Shown here in pieces: positions 40,585 through 52,272 of a stretch of DNA of 52,272 bases. The position numbers and the translations under genes are program-made. Every line of letters starts with the position of its first letter. Position 1 is the first letter of the stretch. Source of the DNA: Callorhinchus milii (Eukaryota); assembly GCF_018977255.1 (NCBI RefSeq), contig NW_024705351.1, forward strand, positions 1-52,272, given 5' to 3'. Under the pieces are notes generated by a model, which was given only the letters and a program-made list of their open reading frames with translations, did not search any database and was not told the DNA's origin.

Positions 40585-42307
40585 AGTCCTGGAATGTGCA
40601 CGTTTGTTTCTCTGTTAGATCAATGTATTAGGTGCAATTGATAATATCAGTGATTTCCAGCACTACTCCAACCTAGTGTAATTATTTTAACAAAACCGTT
40701 TGATTGCTCTGTGTGTTGGAAGCATTTTCACAGTCAGTAACACTTCACAGGCATCATCAAACAAAGAGTAAAAATGTTGTCATGAGTCCTCAACGAAATT
40801 CCTCTTTCGACCCCATGCAGTTGCATCATGAGATATGGCTTGATGTAGTGGAGTATTCGTGTCTCATATATATTTTTCGGTGATTTCTAGGACTTCAAGC
40901 TAGAGTGATGTTGTGAATGCTCTATAATGTGTTCAGATGAATGTCTTCCTTTAAGTTCCAGAAGTGTTCACGGATTTCAGAATGACAACAACTTTATACT
41001 TAGGACGAATGGCTTCAGTCGAAAAGGACGTCAAAAGGGAAATCGACGTTTACGTGTTTGATTTTAAGAATATATTTTAACTGTTGAATTCCTATTGGGA
41101 AAAAATTGCCTAGTTCCTTTCCTGTTTGAGCATGCGTATTAATAAAGATTTCGATACGAGTATTAACGTGAGCTTTCTTGCAGATTAATAAAGACCTGTT
41201 TTTAAAGATGACTGATCGTACGTTATTGCTACCATAGTTTTCCTTTAAAAAAACACGGACGAGTAGACATACACACACGAGTGTGCATCCAAACACGACT
41301 GTATATACAGCGGTGTGCATTCACACACGAGTGTGCATGTGTTTCTACGCTGTTTTCATTCATTTCGCACCACGAGCGGGGAGTCTCATCCCTGTAGTTC
41401 CCTGTTGTGGTGGCGCATTCCTACCACGTTGCCCCTCAATTATTTGTACGACACAATATAAAAATAATTTGTTTGTTCCAATACATAATCATACACGAGT
41501 ACACATACACTCTCATGTACACACACCCACACACGAGTGGACATACACAGCAGTGTAAGTACAAAGGGATTGCGTTCGACTACGCGAACAAATGGCAGAA
41601 TTTTTAATATAAAACACTCGTTTTCTAGAAACACCCCGCTCAACACGATTGTACTTAAATATATTTATAAAACAAAGTCAGTACAGTATAAACTTGCACA
41701 TCTTATTCCAAATCAAGCTCGAGATCACCAATTTTGATACTTCAGACTGTATGTCACTTTATCATCCTCTAAACTTGCAGCAGTTTAGAGGACATTGGGG
41801 GGTGAATATTAGCAAATTAACACGAATCATGGAATTATGCATAGAGATGCACATCCGTATTCAAACGGAAGTGTACAATTATTCAGTGATATGTACATAC
41901 GTATTATGTTGCTAGATATGCGGATTGTTAATGTAAAAATTAACAATTGAATGCAAATTCCATAATAGGCCAAGTCGAGAACAAAGAATTTGGATGCTAG
42001 AGCGGAATTATAAAGGGCTTAAAATCAGACCTCAAGGGCATTTCGAGAGGGATTTTGATGAGCATAGACGCTCGACTCCCCGCTCTGCAGATAACCCTTC
42101 TTCCACGAGACCCAGCCTGGCGAGCACGATTGCTTGGCGACTGGTTGGGGACTTTGCTTCGGGAGAGTTCGTGGCGATCTCTTCAGACGGGTTACAGGGA
42201 CATCGATACGCCGTGCATCAACAAGTAAGTGTCTTTGTTAGTGGATAAACTGGTAATCGCGTGTGTATTCCGACTTCCGAGACGTTACTGTGACTCGGTT
42301 AACGTTA

Positions 42308-43282
42308 GTGGAGCAGAAAAACTCTCCACAGCGGCACGCACACACGGGTAAGAAGCCATTCAATTGCGCTGTGTGCGGGAAGGCATTTGCAGATTCATCA
42401 ACTCTCGCAATCACCAAAAAACACACACGGGTGAGAAGCCATTCAATTGCTCTGTTGTGTGAAGGCATTTGCCCGTAAAGCAGATCTTCACACTCACCAA
42501 AAAACACACACGGGCGAGAAGCCGTTCAATTGCGCTGTGTGCTGGAAGGCATTTGCACGGAAATCAGATCTTCACAAGCACCAGAAAACACACACGGGCG
42601 AGAAGCCGTTCAATTGCTCTGTGTGTGGGAAGTCATTTGCAGATTCATCAACTCATCACAAGCACCAGAAAACACACACGGGCGAGAAGCCGTTCAATTG
42701 CTCTGTGTGCGGGAAGTCATTTGCAGATTCATCAACTCTTCGCAATCACCAAAAAACACACTCGGGTGAGAAGCCATTCAATTGCTCTGTGTGAAGGCAT
42801 TTGCCCGTAAAGCAGATCTTCACACTCACCAAAAAACACACACGGGCGAGAAGCCGTTCAATTGCTCTCTGTGTGGGAAGCCATTTTCACGGAAATCAAA
42901 TCTTCATCGTCACCAGGAAACACACACGGACGATAAGCCATTCAATTGTTCTCCGTTGGAGAGGACACGGTCATCACCCCGAAACAAGCATAAGAAGATC
43001 CGCAATGATAGGAAAGTGAAATCAAAAGGAGAAATACAGATTGCTGCAATGAGTCCTGAAAAAAATGCATCTTTCGAACCTATGCAGGTGGATCCTGAGA
43101 GATGCATGGATGTAATGAGTCCTGACGACAATTCCTATTTCGACCCCATGCAGTTGGATCCTGCGAGATGGCTGGATGTACTGAGCCCTGACGACAATTC
43201 CTATTTCGACCCCATGCAGGTTGATAATGAGAAATGGCTGCTGGAGTGGCTGGATAATCAAAGTATTGAGTACTTCTGTTAA
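42308..43282 (+). CDS. ZF gene copy 14, type B, ATG deleted, indels
   Basis: ORFs 42447..42794 and 42782..43282. Confidence 0.72.
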
Positions 43283-43820
43283 AGTCCTGGAATGTGCACG
43301 TTTGTTTCTCTGTTAGATCAATGTATTAGGTGCAATTGATAATATCAGTGATTTCCAGCACTACTCCAACCTAGTGTAATTATTTTAACAAAACCGTTTG
43401 ATTGCTCTGTGTGTTGGAAGCATTTTCACAGTCAGCAACACTTCACAGGCATCATCAAACAAAGAGTAAAAATGTTGTCATGAGTCCTCAACGAAATTCC
43501 TCTTTCGACCCCATGCAGTTGCATCATGAGATATGGCTTGATGTAGTGGAGTATTCGTGTCTCATTTATATTTTTCGGTGATTTCTAGGACTTCAAGCTA
43601 GAGTGATGTTGTGAATGCTCTATAATGTGTTCAGATGAATGTCTTCCTTTAAGTTCCAGAAGTGTTCACGGATTTCAGAATGACAACAACTTTATACTTA
43701 GGACGAATGGCTTCAGTCGAAAAGGACGTCAAAGGGAAATCGACGTTCACGTGTTTGATTTTAAGAATATATTTTAACTGTTGAATTCCTATTGGGAAAA
43801 AATTGCCTAGTTCCTTTCCT

Positions 43821-44103
43821 TTTCGATTTAAAGCTTTCGTGACTGCAGGGATTCATCTTCTTGGTTCTATCGGTATAGTCACGTAGAAGGGAAGTAATAA
43901 AATAATAAAAATAAAACATAATAAAACAATTCTCACGACGTTTCGGCCACAACGCAAGCAGCCGTCCTCAACGGCTGCAAGCAGCCGTCCTCAACGGCTG
44001 CTTGCGTTGTGGCCGAAACGTCGTGAGAATTGTTTTATTATGTTTTATTTTTATTATTTTATTACTTCCCTTCTACGTGACTTTACCGAAAGAACCAAGA
44101 AGA
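43821..44103 (-). mobile_element. 283-bp foldback insertion with 13-bp TSD and hammerhead-like core (Penelope-like inverted pLTR fragment)
   Basis: TSD TAGTTCCTTTCCT (43808-43820, 44104-44116). 110-bp inverted arms 43856-43965 and 43994-44103 with 2 mismatches, plus a 35-bp unpaired tail. Minus strand reads TTGAGGA-C-GGCTGC..GTGGCC-GAAACGTC. Confidence 0.8.
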
Positions 44104-45264
44104 TAGTTCCTTTCCTGTTTGAGCATGCGTATTAATAAAGATTTCGATACGAGTATTAACGTGAGCTTTCTTGCAGATTAATAAAGACCTGTTTTTAAAG
44201 ATGACTGATCGTACGTTATTGCTACCATAGTTTTCCTTTAAAAAAACACGGACGAGTAGACATACACACACGAGTTTGCATCCAAACACGACTGTATATA
44301 CAGCGGTGTGCATTCACACACGAGTGTGCATGTGTTTCTACGCTGTTTTCATTCATTTCGCACCACGAGCGGGGAGTATCATCCCTGTAGTTCCCTGTTG
44401 TGGTGGCGCATTCCTACCACGTTGCCCCTCAATTATTTGTACGACACAATATAAAAATAATTGTTTGTTCCAATACATAATCATACACGAGTACACATAC
44501 ACTCTCATGTACACACACCCACACACGAGTGGACATACACAGCAGTGTAAGTACAAAGGGATTGCGTTCGACTACGCGAACAAATGGCAGAATTTTTAAT
44601 ATAAAACACTCGTTTTCTAGAAACACCCCGCTCAACACGATTGTACTTAAATATATTTATAAAACAAAGTCAGTACAGTATAAACTTGCACATCTTATTC
44701 CAAATCAAGCTCGAGATCACCAATTTTGATACTTCAGACTGTATGTCACTTTATCATCCTCTAAACTTGCAGCAGTTTAGAGGACATTGGGGGGTGAATA
44801 TTAGCAAATTAACACGAATCATGGAATTATGCATAGAGATGCACATCCGTATTCAAACGGAAGTGTACAATTATTCAGTGATATGTACATACGTATTATG
44901 TTGCTAGATATGCGGATTGTTAATGTAAAAATTAACAATTGAATGCAAATTCCATAATAGGCCAAGTCGAGAACAAAGAATTTGGATGCTAGAGCGGAAT
45001 TATAAAGGGCTTAAAATCAGACCTCAAGGGCATTTCGAGAGGGATTTTGATGAGCATAGACGCTCGACTCCCCGCTCTGCAGATAACCCTTCTTCCACGA
45101 GACCCAGCCTGGCGAGCACGATTGCTTGGCGACTGGTTGGGGACTTTGCTTCGGGAGAGTTCGTGGCGATCTCTTCAGACGGGTTACAGGGACATCGATA
45201 CGCCGTGCATCAACAAGTAAGTGTCTTTGTTAGTGGATAAACTGGTAATCGCGTGTGTATTCCG

Positions 45265-46206
45265 ACGGGTAAGAAGCCATTCAATTGCGCTGTGTGCGGG
45301 AAGGCATTTGCAGATTCATCAACTCTCCGCAATCACCAAAAAACACACACGGGTGAGAAGCCATTCAATTGCTCTGTTCGTGTGAAGGCATTTGCCCGTA
45401 AAGCAGATCTTCACACTCACCAAAAAACACACACGGGAGAGAAGCCGTTCAATTGTGCTGTGTGCTGGAAGGCATTTGCACGGAAATCAGATCTTCACAA
45501 GCACCAGAAAACACACACGGGCGAGAAGCCGTTCAATTGCTCTGTGTGTGGGAAGTCATTTGCAGATTCATCAACTCATCACAAGCACCAGAAAACACAC
45601 ACGGGCGAGAAGCCGTTCAATTGCTCTGTGTGCGGGAAGTCATTTGCAGATTCATCAACTCTTCGCAATCACCAAAAAACACACTCGGGTGAGAAGCCGT
45701 TCAATTGCTCTGTGGTGAAGGCATTTCCCCGTAAAGCAGATCTTCACACTCACCAAAAAACACACACGGGCGAGAAGCCGTTCAATTGCTCTCTGTGTGG
45801 GAAGCCATTTTCACGGAAATCAAATCTTCATCGTCACCAGGAAACACACACGGACGATAAGCCATTCAATTGTTCTCCGTTGGAGAGGACACGGTCATCA
45901 CCCCGAAACAAGCATAAGAAGATCCGCAATGATAGGAAAGTGAAATCAAAAGGAGAAATACAGATTGCTGCAATGAGTCCTGAAAAAAATGCATCTTTCG
46001 AACCTATGCAGGTGGATCCTGAGAGATGCATGGATGTAATGAGTCCTGACGACAATTCCTATTTCGACCCCATGCAGTTGGATCCTGCGAGATGGCTGGA
46101 TGTACTGAGCCCTGACGACAATTCCTATTTCGACCCCATGCAGGTTGATAATGAGAAATGGCTGCTGGAGTGGCTGGATAATCAAAGTATTGAGTACTTC
46201 TGTTAA
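45265..46206 (+). CDS. ZF gene copy 15, type B, open frame but ATG and leader deleted, finger 6 lacks its second Cys
   Basis: ORF 45253..46206 (GTG start call). Deletion junction TTCCG-ACGGGTAAG. CSVVKAF in finger 6. Confidence 0.75.
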   Translation, partial: TGKKPFNCAVCGKAFADSSTLRNHQKTHTGEKPFNCSVRVKAFARKADLHTHQKTHTGEKPFNCAVCWKAFARKSDLHKHQKTHTGEKPFNCSVCGKSFADSSTHHKHQKTHTGEKPFNCSVCGKSFADSSTLRNHQKTHSGEKPFNCSVVKAFPRKADLHTHQKTHTGEKPFNCSLCGKPFSRKSNLHRHQETHTDDKPFNCSPLERTRSSPRNKHKKIRNDRKVKSKGEIQIAAMSPEKNASFEPMQVDPERCMDVMSPDDNSYFDPMQLDPARWLDVLSPDDNSYFDPMQVDNEKWLLEWLDNQSIEYFC

Positions 46207-46747
46207 AGTCCTGGAATGTGCACGTTTGTTTCTCTGTTAGATCAATGTATTAGGTGCAATTGATAATATCAGTGATTTCCAGCACTACTCCAACCTAGTG
46301 TAATTATTTTAACAAAACCGTTTGATTGCTCTGTGTGTTGGAAGCATTTTCACAGTCAGCAACACTTCACAGGCATCATCAAACAAAGAGTAAAAATGTT
46401 GTCATGAGTCCTCAACGAAATTCCTCTTTCGACCCCATGCAGTTGCATCATGAGATATGGCTTGATGTAGTGGAGTATTCGTGTCTCATTTATATTTTTC
46501 GGTGATTTCTAGGACTTCAAGCTAGAGTGATGTTGTGAATGCTCTATAATGTGTTCAGATGAATGTCTTCCTTTAAGTTCCAGAAGTGTTCACGGATTTC
46601 AGAATGACAACAACTTTATACTTAGGACGAATGGCTTCAGTCGAAAAGGACGTCAAAAGGGAAATCGACGTTTACGTGTTTGATTTTAAGAATATATTTT
46701 AACTGTTGAATTCCTATTGGGGAAAAAAATTGCCTAGTTCCTTTCCT

Positions 46748-47028
46748 TTTCGATTTAAAGCTTTCGTGACTGCAGGGATTCATCTTCTTGGTTCTATCGG
46801 TATAGTCACGTAGAAGGGAAGTAATAAAATAATAAAAATAAAACATAATAAAACAATTCTCACGACGTTTCGGCCACAACGCAAGCAGCCGTCCTCAACG
46901 GCTGCAAGCAGCCGTCTAACGGCTGCTTGCGTTGTGGCCGAAACGTCGTGAGAATTGTTTTATTATGTTTTATTTTTATTATTTTATTACTTCCCTTCTA
47001 CGTGACTTTACCGAAAGAACCAAGAAGA
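46748..47028 (-). mobile_element. Same foldback insertion, after copy 15
   Basis: Same site, TSD and arms as 43821. Confidence 0.8.
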
Positions 47029-48294
47029 TAGTTCCTTTCCTGTTTGAGCATGCGTATTAATAAAGATTTCGATACGAGTATTAACGTGAGCTTTCTTGCA
47101 GATTAATAAAGACCTGTTTTTAAAGATGACTGATCGTACGTTATTGCTACCATAGTTTTCCTTTAAAAAAACACGGACGAGTAGACATACACACACGAGT
47201 GTGCATCCAAACACGACTGTATATACAGCGGTGTGCATTCACACACGAGTGTGCATGTGTTTCTACGCTGTTTTCATTCATTTCGCACCACGAGCGGGGA
47301 GTATCATCCCTGTAGTTCCCTGTTGTGGTGGCGCATTCCTACCACGTTGCCCCTCAATTATTTGTACGACACAATATAAAAATAATTTGTTTGTTCCAAT
47401 ACATAATCATACACGAGTACACATACACTCTCATGTACACACACCCACACACGAGTGGACATACACAGCAGTGTAAGTACAAAGGGATTGCGTTCGACTA
47501 CGCGAACAAATGGCAGAATTTTTAATATAAAACACTCGTTTTCTAGAAACACCCCGCTCAACACGATTGTACTTAAATATATTTATAAAACAAAGTCAGT
47601 ACAGTATAAACTTGCACATCTTATTCCAAATCAAGCTCGAGATCACCAATTTTGATACTTCAGACTGTATGTCACTTTATCATCCTCTAAACTTGCAGCA
47701 GTTTAGAGGACATTGGGGGGTGAATATTAGCAAATTAACACGAATCATGGAATTATGCATAGAGATGCACATCCGTATTCAAACGGAAGTGTACAATTAT
47801 TCAGTGATATGTACATACGTATTATGTTGCTAGATATGCGGATTGTTAATGTAAAAATTAACAATTGAATGCAAATTCCATAATAGGCCAAGTCGAGAAC
47901 AAAGAATTTGGATGCTAGAGCGGAATTATAAAGGGCTTAAAATCAGACCTCAAGGGCATTTCGAGAGGGATTTTGATGAGCATAGACGCTCGACTCCCCG
48001 CTCTGCAGATAACCCTTCTTCCACGAGACCCAGCCTGGCGAGCACGATTGCTTGGCGACTGGTTGGGACTTTGCTTCGGGAGAGTTCGTGGCGATCTCTT
48101 CAGACGGGTTACAGGGACATCGATACGCCGTGCATCAACAAGTAAGTGTCTTTGTTAGTGGATAAACTGGTAATCGCGTGTGTATTCCGACTTCCGAGAC
48201 GTTACTGTGACTCGGTTAGACGTTAGTGAGAGTTGCTTTTTGGCGATTTGAGCCAGACATCCACGAAGTTTCTCTGCTCTGAAAAATCAGTCAC

Positions 48295-49268
48295 ATGGAG
48301 CAGAAAAACTCTCCACAGCGGCACGCACACACGGGTAAGAAGCCATTCAATTGCGCTGTGTGCGGGAAGGCATTTGCAGATTCATCAACTCTTCGCAATC
48401 ACCAAAAAACACACGGGTGAGAAGCCATTCAATTGCTCTGTTTGTGTGAAGGCATTTGCCCGTAAAGCAGATCTTCACACTCACCAAAAAACACACACGG
48501 GCGAGAAGCCGTTCAATTGCGCTGTGTGCTGGAAGGCATTTGCACGGAAATCAGATCTTCACAAGCACCAGAAAACACACACGGGCGAGAAGCCGTTCAA
48601 TTGCTCTGTGTGTGGGAAGTCATTTGCAGATTCATCAACTCATCACAAGCACCAGAAAACACACACGGGCGAGAAGCCGTTCAATTGCTCTGTGTGCGGG
48701 AAGTCATTTGCAGATTCATCAACTCTTCGCAATCACCAAAAAACACACTCGGGTGAGAAGCCATTCAATTGCTCTGTGTGAAGGCATTTGCCCGTAAAGC
48801 AGATCTTCACACTCACCAAAAAACACACACGGGCGAGAAGCCGTTCAATTGCTCTCTGTGTGGGAAGCCATTTTCACGGAAATCAAATCTTCATCGTCAC
48901 CAGGAAACACACACGGACGATAAGCCATTCAATTGTTCTCCGTTGGAGAGGACACGGTCATCACCCCGAAACAAGCATAAGAAGATCCGCAATGATAGGA
49001 AAGTGAAATCAAAAGGAGAATACAGAGTGCTGCAATGAGTCCTGAAAAAAATGCATCTTTCGAACCTATGCAGGTGGATCCTGAGAGATGCATGGATGTA
49101 ATGAGTCCTGACGACAATTCCTATTTCGACCCCATGCAGTTGGATCCTGCGAGATGGCTGGATGTACTGAGCCCTGACGACAATTCCTATTTCGACCCCA
49201 TGCAGGTTGATAATGAGAAATGGCTGCTGGAGTGGCTGGATAATCAAAGTATTGAGTACTTCTGTTAA
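48295..49268 (+). CDS. ZF gene copy 16, type B, 7 fingers, indels
   Basis: ATG at 48295. ORFs 48233..48781, 48769..49038 and 49035..49268. Confidence 0.78.
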
Positions 49269-49802
49269 AGTCCTGGAATGTGCACGTTTGTTCTCTGTTA
49301 GATCAATGTATTAGGTGCAATTGATATATCAGTGATTTCCAGCACTACTCCAACCTAGTGTAATTATTTTAACAAAACCGTTTGATTGCTCTGTGTGTTG
49401 GAAGCATTTTCACAGTCAGTAACACTTCACAGGCATCATCAAACAAAGAGTAAAAATGTTGTCATGAGTCCTCAACGAAATTCCTCTTTCGACCCCATGC
49501 AGTTGCATCATGAGATATGGCTTGATGTAGTGGATATTCGTGTCTCATATATATTTTTCGGTGATTTCTAGGACTTCAAGCTAGAGTGATGTTGTGAATG
49601 CTCTATAATGTGTTCAGATGAATGTCTTCCTTTAAGTTCCAGAAGTGTTCACGGATTTCAGAATGACAACAATTTTATACTTAGGACGAATGGCTTCAGT
49701 CGAAAAGGACGTCAAAGGGAAATCGACGTTTACGTGTTTGATTTTAAGAATATATTTTAACTGTTGAATTCCTATTGGGAAAAAATGCCTAGTTCCTTTC
49801 CT

Positions 49803-50051
49803 TTTCGATTTAAAGCTTTCGTGACTGCAGGGATTCATCTTCTTGGTTCTATCGGTATAGTCACGTAGAAGGGAAGTAATAAAATAATAAAAATAAAAAC
49901 ATAATAAAACAATTCTCACGACGTTTCGGCCACAACGCAAGACGGCTGCTTGCGTTGTGGCCGAAACGTCGTGAGAATTGTTTTATTATGTTTTATTTTT
50001 ATTATTTTATTACTTCCCTTCTACGTGACTTTACCGAAAGAACCAAGAAGA
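49803..50051 (-). mobile_element. Same foldback insertion with central deletion, after copy 16
   Basis: Same site and TSD. Apex shortened to CGCAAG-ACGGCTGC. Confidence 0.78.
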
Positions 50052-51229
50052 TAGTTCCTTTCCTGTTTGAGCATGCGTATTAATAAAGATTTCGATACGA
50101 GTATTAACGTGAGCTTTCTTGCAGATTAATAAAGACCTGTTTTTAAAGATGACTGATCGTACGTTATTGCTACCATAGTTTTCCTTTAAAAAAACACGGA
50201 CGAGTAGACATACACACACGAGTTTGCATCCAAACACGACTGTATATACAGCGGTGTGCATTCACACACGAGTGTGCATGTGTTTTACGCTGTTTTCATT
50301 CATTTCGCACCACGAGCGGGGAGTCTCATCCCTGTAGTTCCCTGTTGTGGTGGCGCATTCCTACCACGTTGCCCCTCAATTATTTGTACGACACAATATA
50401 AAAATAAATTGTTTGTTCCAATACATAATCATACACGAGTACACATACACTCTCATGTACACACACCCACACACGATGACATACACAGCAGTGTAAGTAC
50501 AAAGGATTGCGTTCGACTACGCGAACAAATGGCAGAATTTTTAATATAAAACACTCGTTTTCTAGAAACACCCCGCTCAACACGATTGTACTTAAATATA
50601 TTTATAAAACAAAGTCAGTACAGTATAAACTTGCACATCTTATTCCAAATCAAGCTCGAGATCACCAATTTTGATACTTCAGACTGTATGTCACTTTATC
50701 ATCCTCTAAACTTGCAGCAGTTTAGAGGACATTGGGGGTGAATATTAGCAAATTAACACGAATCATGAATTATGCATAGAGATGCACATCCGTATTCAAA
50801 CGGAAGTGTACAATTATTCAGTGATATGTACATACGTATTATGTTGCTAGATATGCGGATTGTTAATGTAAAATTAACAATTCTATAATAGGCCAAGTCG
50901 AGAACAAAGAATTTGGATGCTAGAGCAGAATTATAAAGGGCTTAAAATCAGACCTCAAGGGCATTTCGAGAGGGATTTTGATGAGCATAGACGCTCGACT
51001 CCCCGCTCTGCAGATAACCCTTCTTCCACGAGACCCAGCCTGGCGAGCACGATTGCTTGGCGACTGGTTGGGGACTTTGCTTCGGGAGAGTTCGTGGCGA
51101 TCTCTTCAGACGGTTACAGGGACATCGATACGCCGTGCATCAACAAGTAAGTGTCTTTGTTAGTGGATAAACTGGTAATCGCGTGTGTATTCCGACTTCC
51201 GAGCGTTACTGTGACTCGGTTAAACGTTA

Positions 51230-52200
51230 GTGGAGCAGAAAAAACTCTCCACAGCGGCACGCACACACGGGTAAGAAGCCATTCAATTGCGCTGTGTGCG
51301 GGAAGGCATTTGCAGATTCATCAACTCTCCGCAATCACCAAAAACACACGGTGAGAAGCCATTCAATTGCTCTGTTCGTGTGAAGGCATTTGCCCGTAAA
51401 GCAGATCTTCACACCACCAAAAACACACACGGGAGAGAAGCCGTTCAATTGTGCTGTGTGCTGGAAGGCATTTGCACGGAAATCAGATCTTCACAAGCAC
51501 CAGAAAACACACACGGGCGAGAAGCCGTTCAATTGCTCTGTGTGTGGGAAGTCATTTGCAGATTCATCAACTCATCACAAGCACCAGAAAACACACACGG
51601 GCGAGAAGCCGTTCAATTGCTCTGTGTGCGGGAAGTCATTTGCAGATTCATCAACTCTTCGCAATCACCAAAAAACACACTCGGGTGAGAAGCCGTTCAA
51701 TTGCTCTGTGTGTGAAGGCATTTCCCGTAAAGCAGATCTTCACACTCACCAAAACACACACGGGCGAGAAGCCGTTCAATTGCTCTCTGTGTGGGAAGCC
51801 ATTTTCACGGAAATCAAATCTTCATCGTCACCAGGAAACACACACGGACGATAAGCCATTCAATTGTTCTCCGTTGGAGAGGACACGGTCATCACCCCGA
51901 AACAAGCATAAGAAGATCCGCAATGATAGGAAAGTGAAATCAAAAGGAGAAATACAGATTGCTGCAATGAGTCCTGAAAAAAATGCATCTTTCGAACCTA
52001 TGCAGGTGGATCCTGAGAGATGCATGGATGTAATGAGTCCTGACGACAATTCCTATTTCGACCCCATGCAGTTGGATCCTGCGAGATGGCTGGATGTACT
52101 GAGCCCTGACGACAATTCCTATTTCGACCCCATGCAGGTTGATAATGAGAAATGGCTGCTGGAGTGGCTGGATAATCAAAGTATTGAGAACTTCTGTTAA
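51230..52200 (+). CDS. ZF gene copy 17, type B, ATG deleted, indels
   Basis: ORFs 51390..51854 and 51451..52200. Confidence 0.72.
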
Positions 52201-52272
52201 GTCCTGGAATGTGCACGTTTGTTTCTCTGTTAGATCAATGTATTAGGTGCAATTGATAATATCAGTGATTTC

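Noticed and set aside
43821-44103. Classical MITE or pre-miRNA interpretation of the foldback element
   Set aside because: The inverted arms do not reach the left end (35-bp unpaired tail), arm length differs between the two insertions, and a hammerhead-like core is present. A retroelement fold-back fits better, though it is not proven.

Overview
Animal genomic DNA (vertebrate- or fish-like by its zinc-finger linkers, an inference). The whole window is a head-to-tail tandem array (macrosatellite) of at least 17 copies of one C2H2 zinc-finger gene, all on the + strand. The first two units are long (~5.3-5.4 kb) and the remaining 14 are short (~2.7-3.3 kb). Each copy has a TATA/Inr-like promoter, a probable 5' intron and one main coding exon. 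That exon encodes 6 to ~14 TGEKPF-linked fingers, a basic NLS-like patch and a C-terminal acidic/aromatic tail of three 22-aa repeats, with no recognisable KRAB, SCAN, BTB or SET domain. A fossil finger-plus-tail copy and AATAAA signals follow in the 3' region. Two finger types occur (type A at 4813; type B from 10051 on), and they differ mainly at DNA-contact residues. Two independent palindromic insertions of the same small element have 13-bp TSDs, and the longer one carries a hammerhead-like core, consistent with Penelope-like retroelement fragments. A second hammerhead-like motif and a 137-bp inverted repeat lie in the long-unit spacer. Only the copies at 28135 and 30942 are uninterrupted from ATG to stop. 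Most frameshifts fall in A/CA runs and may be consensus errors, so exact copy number and pseudogene status are uncertain.
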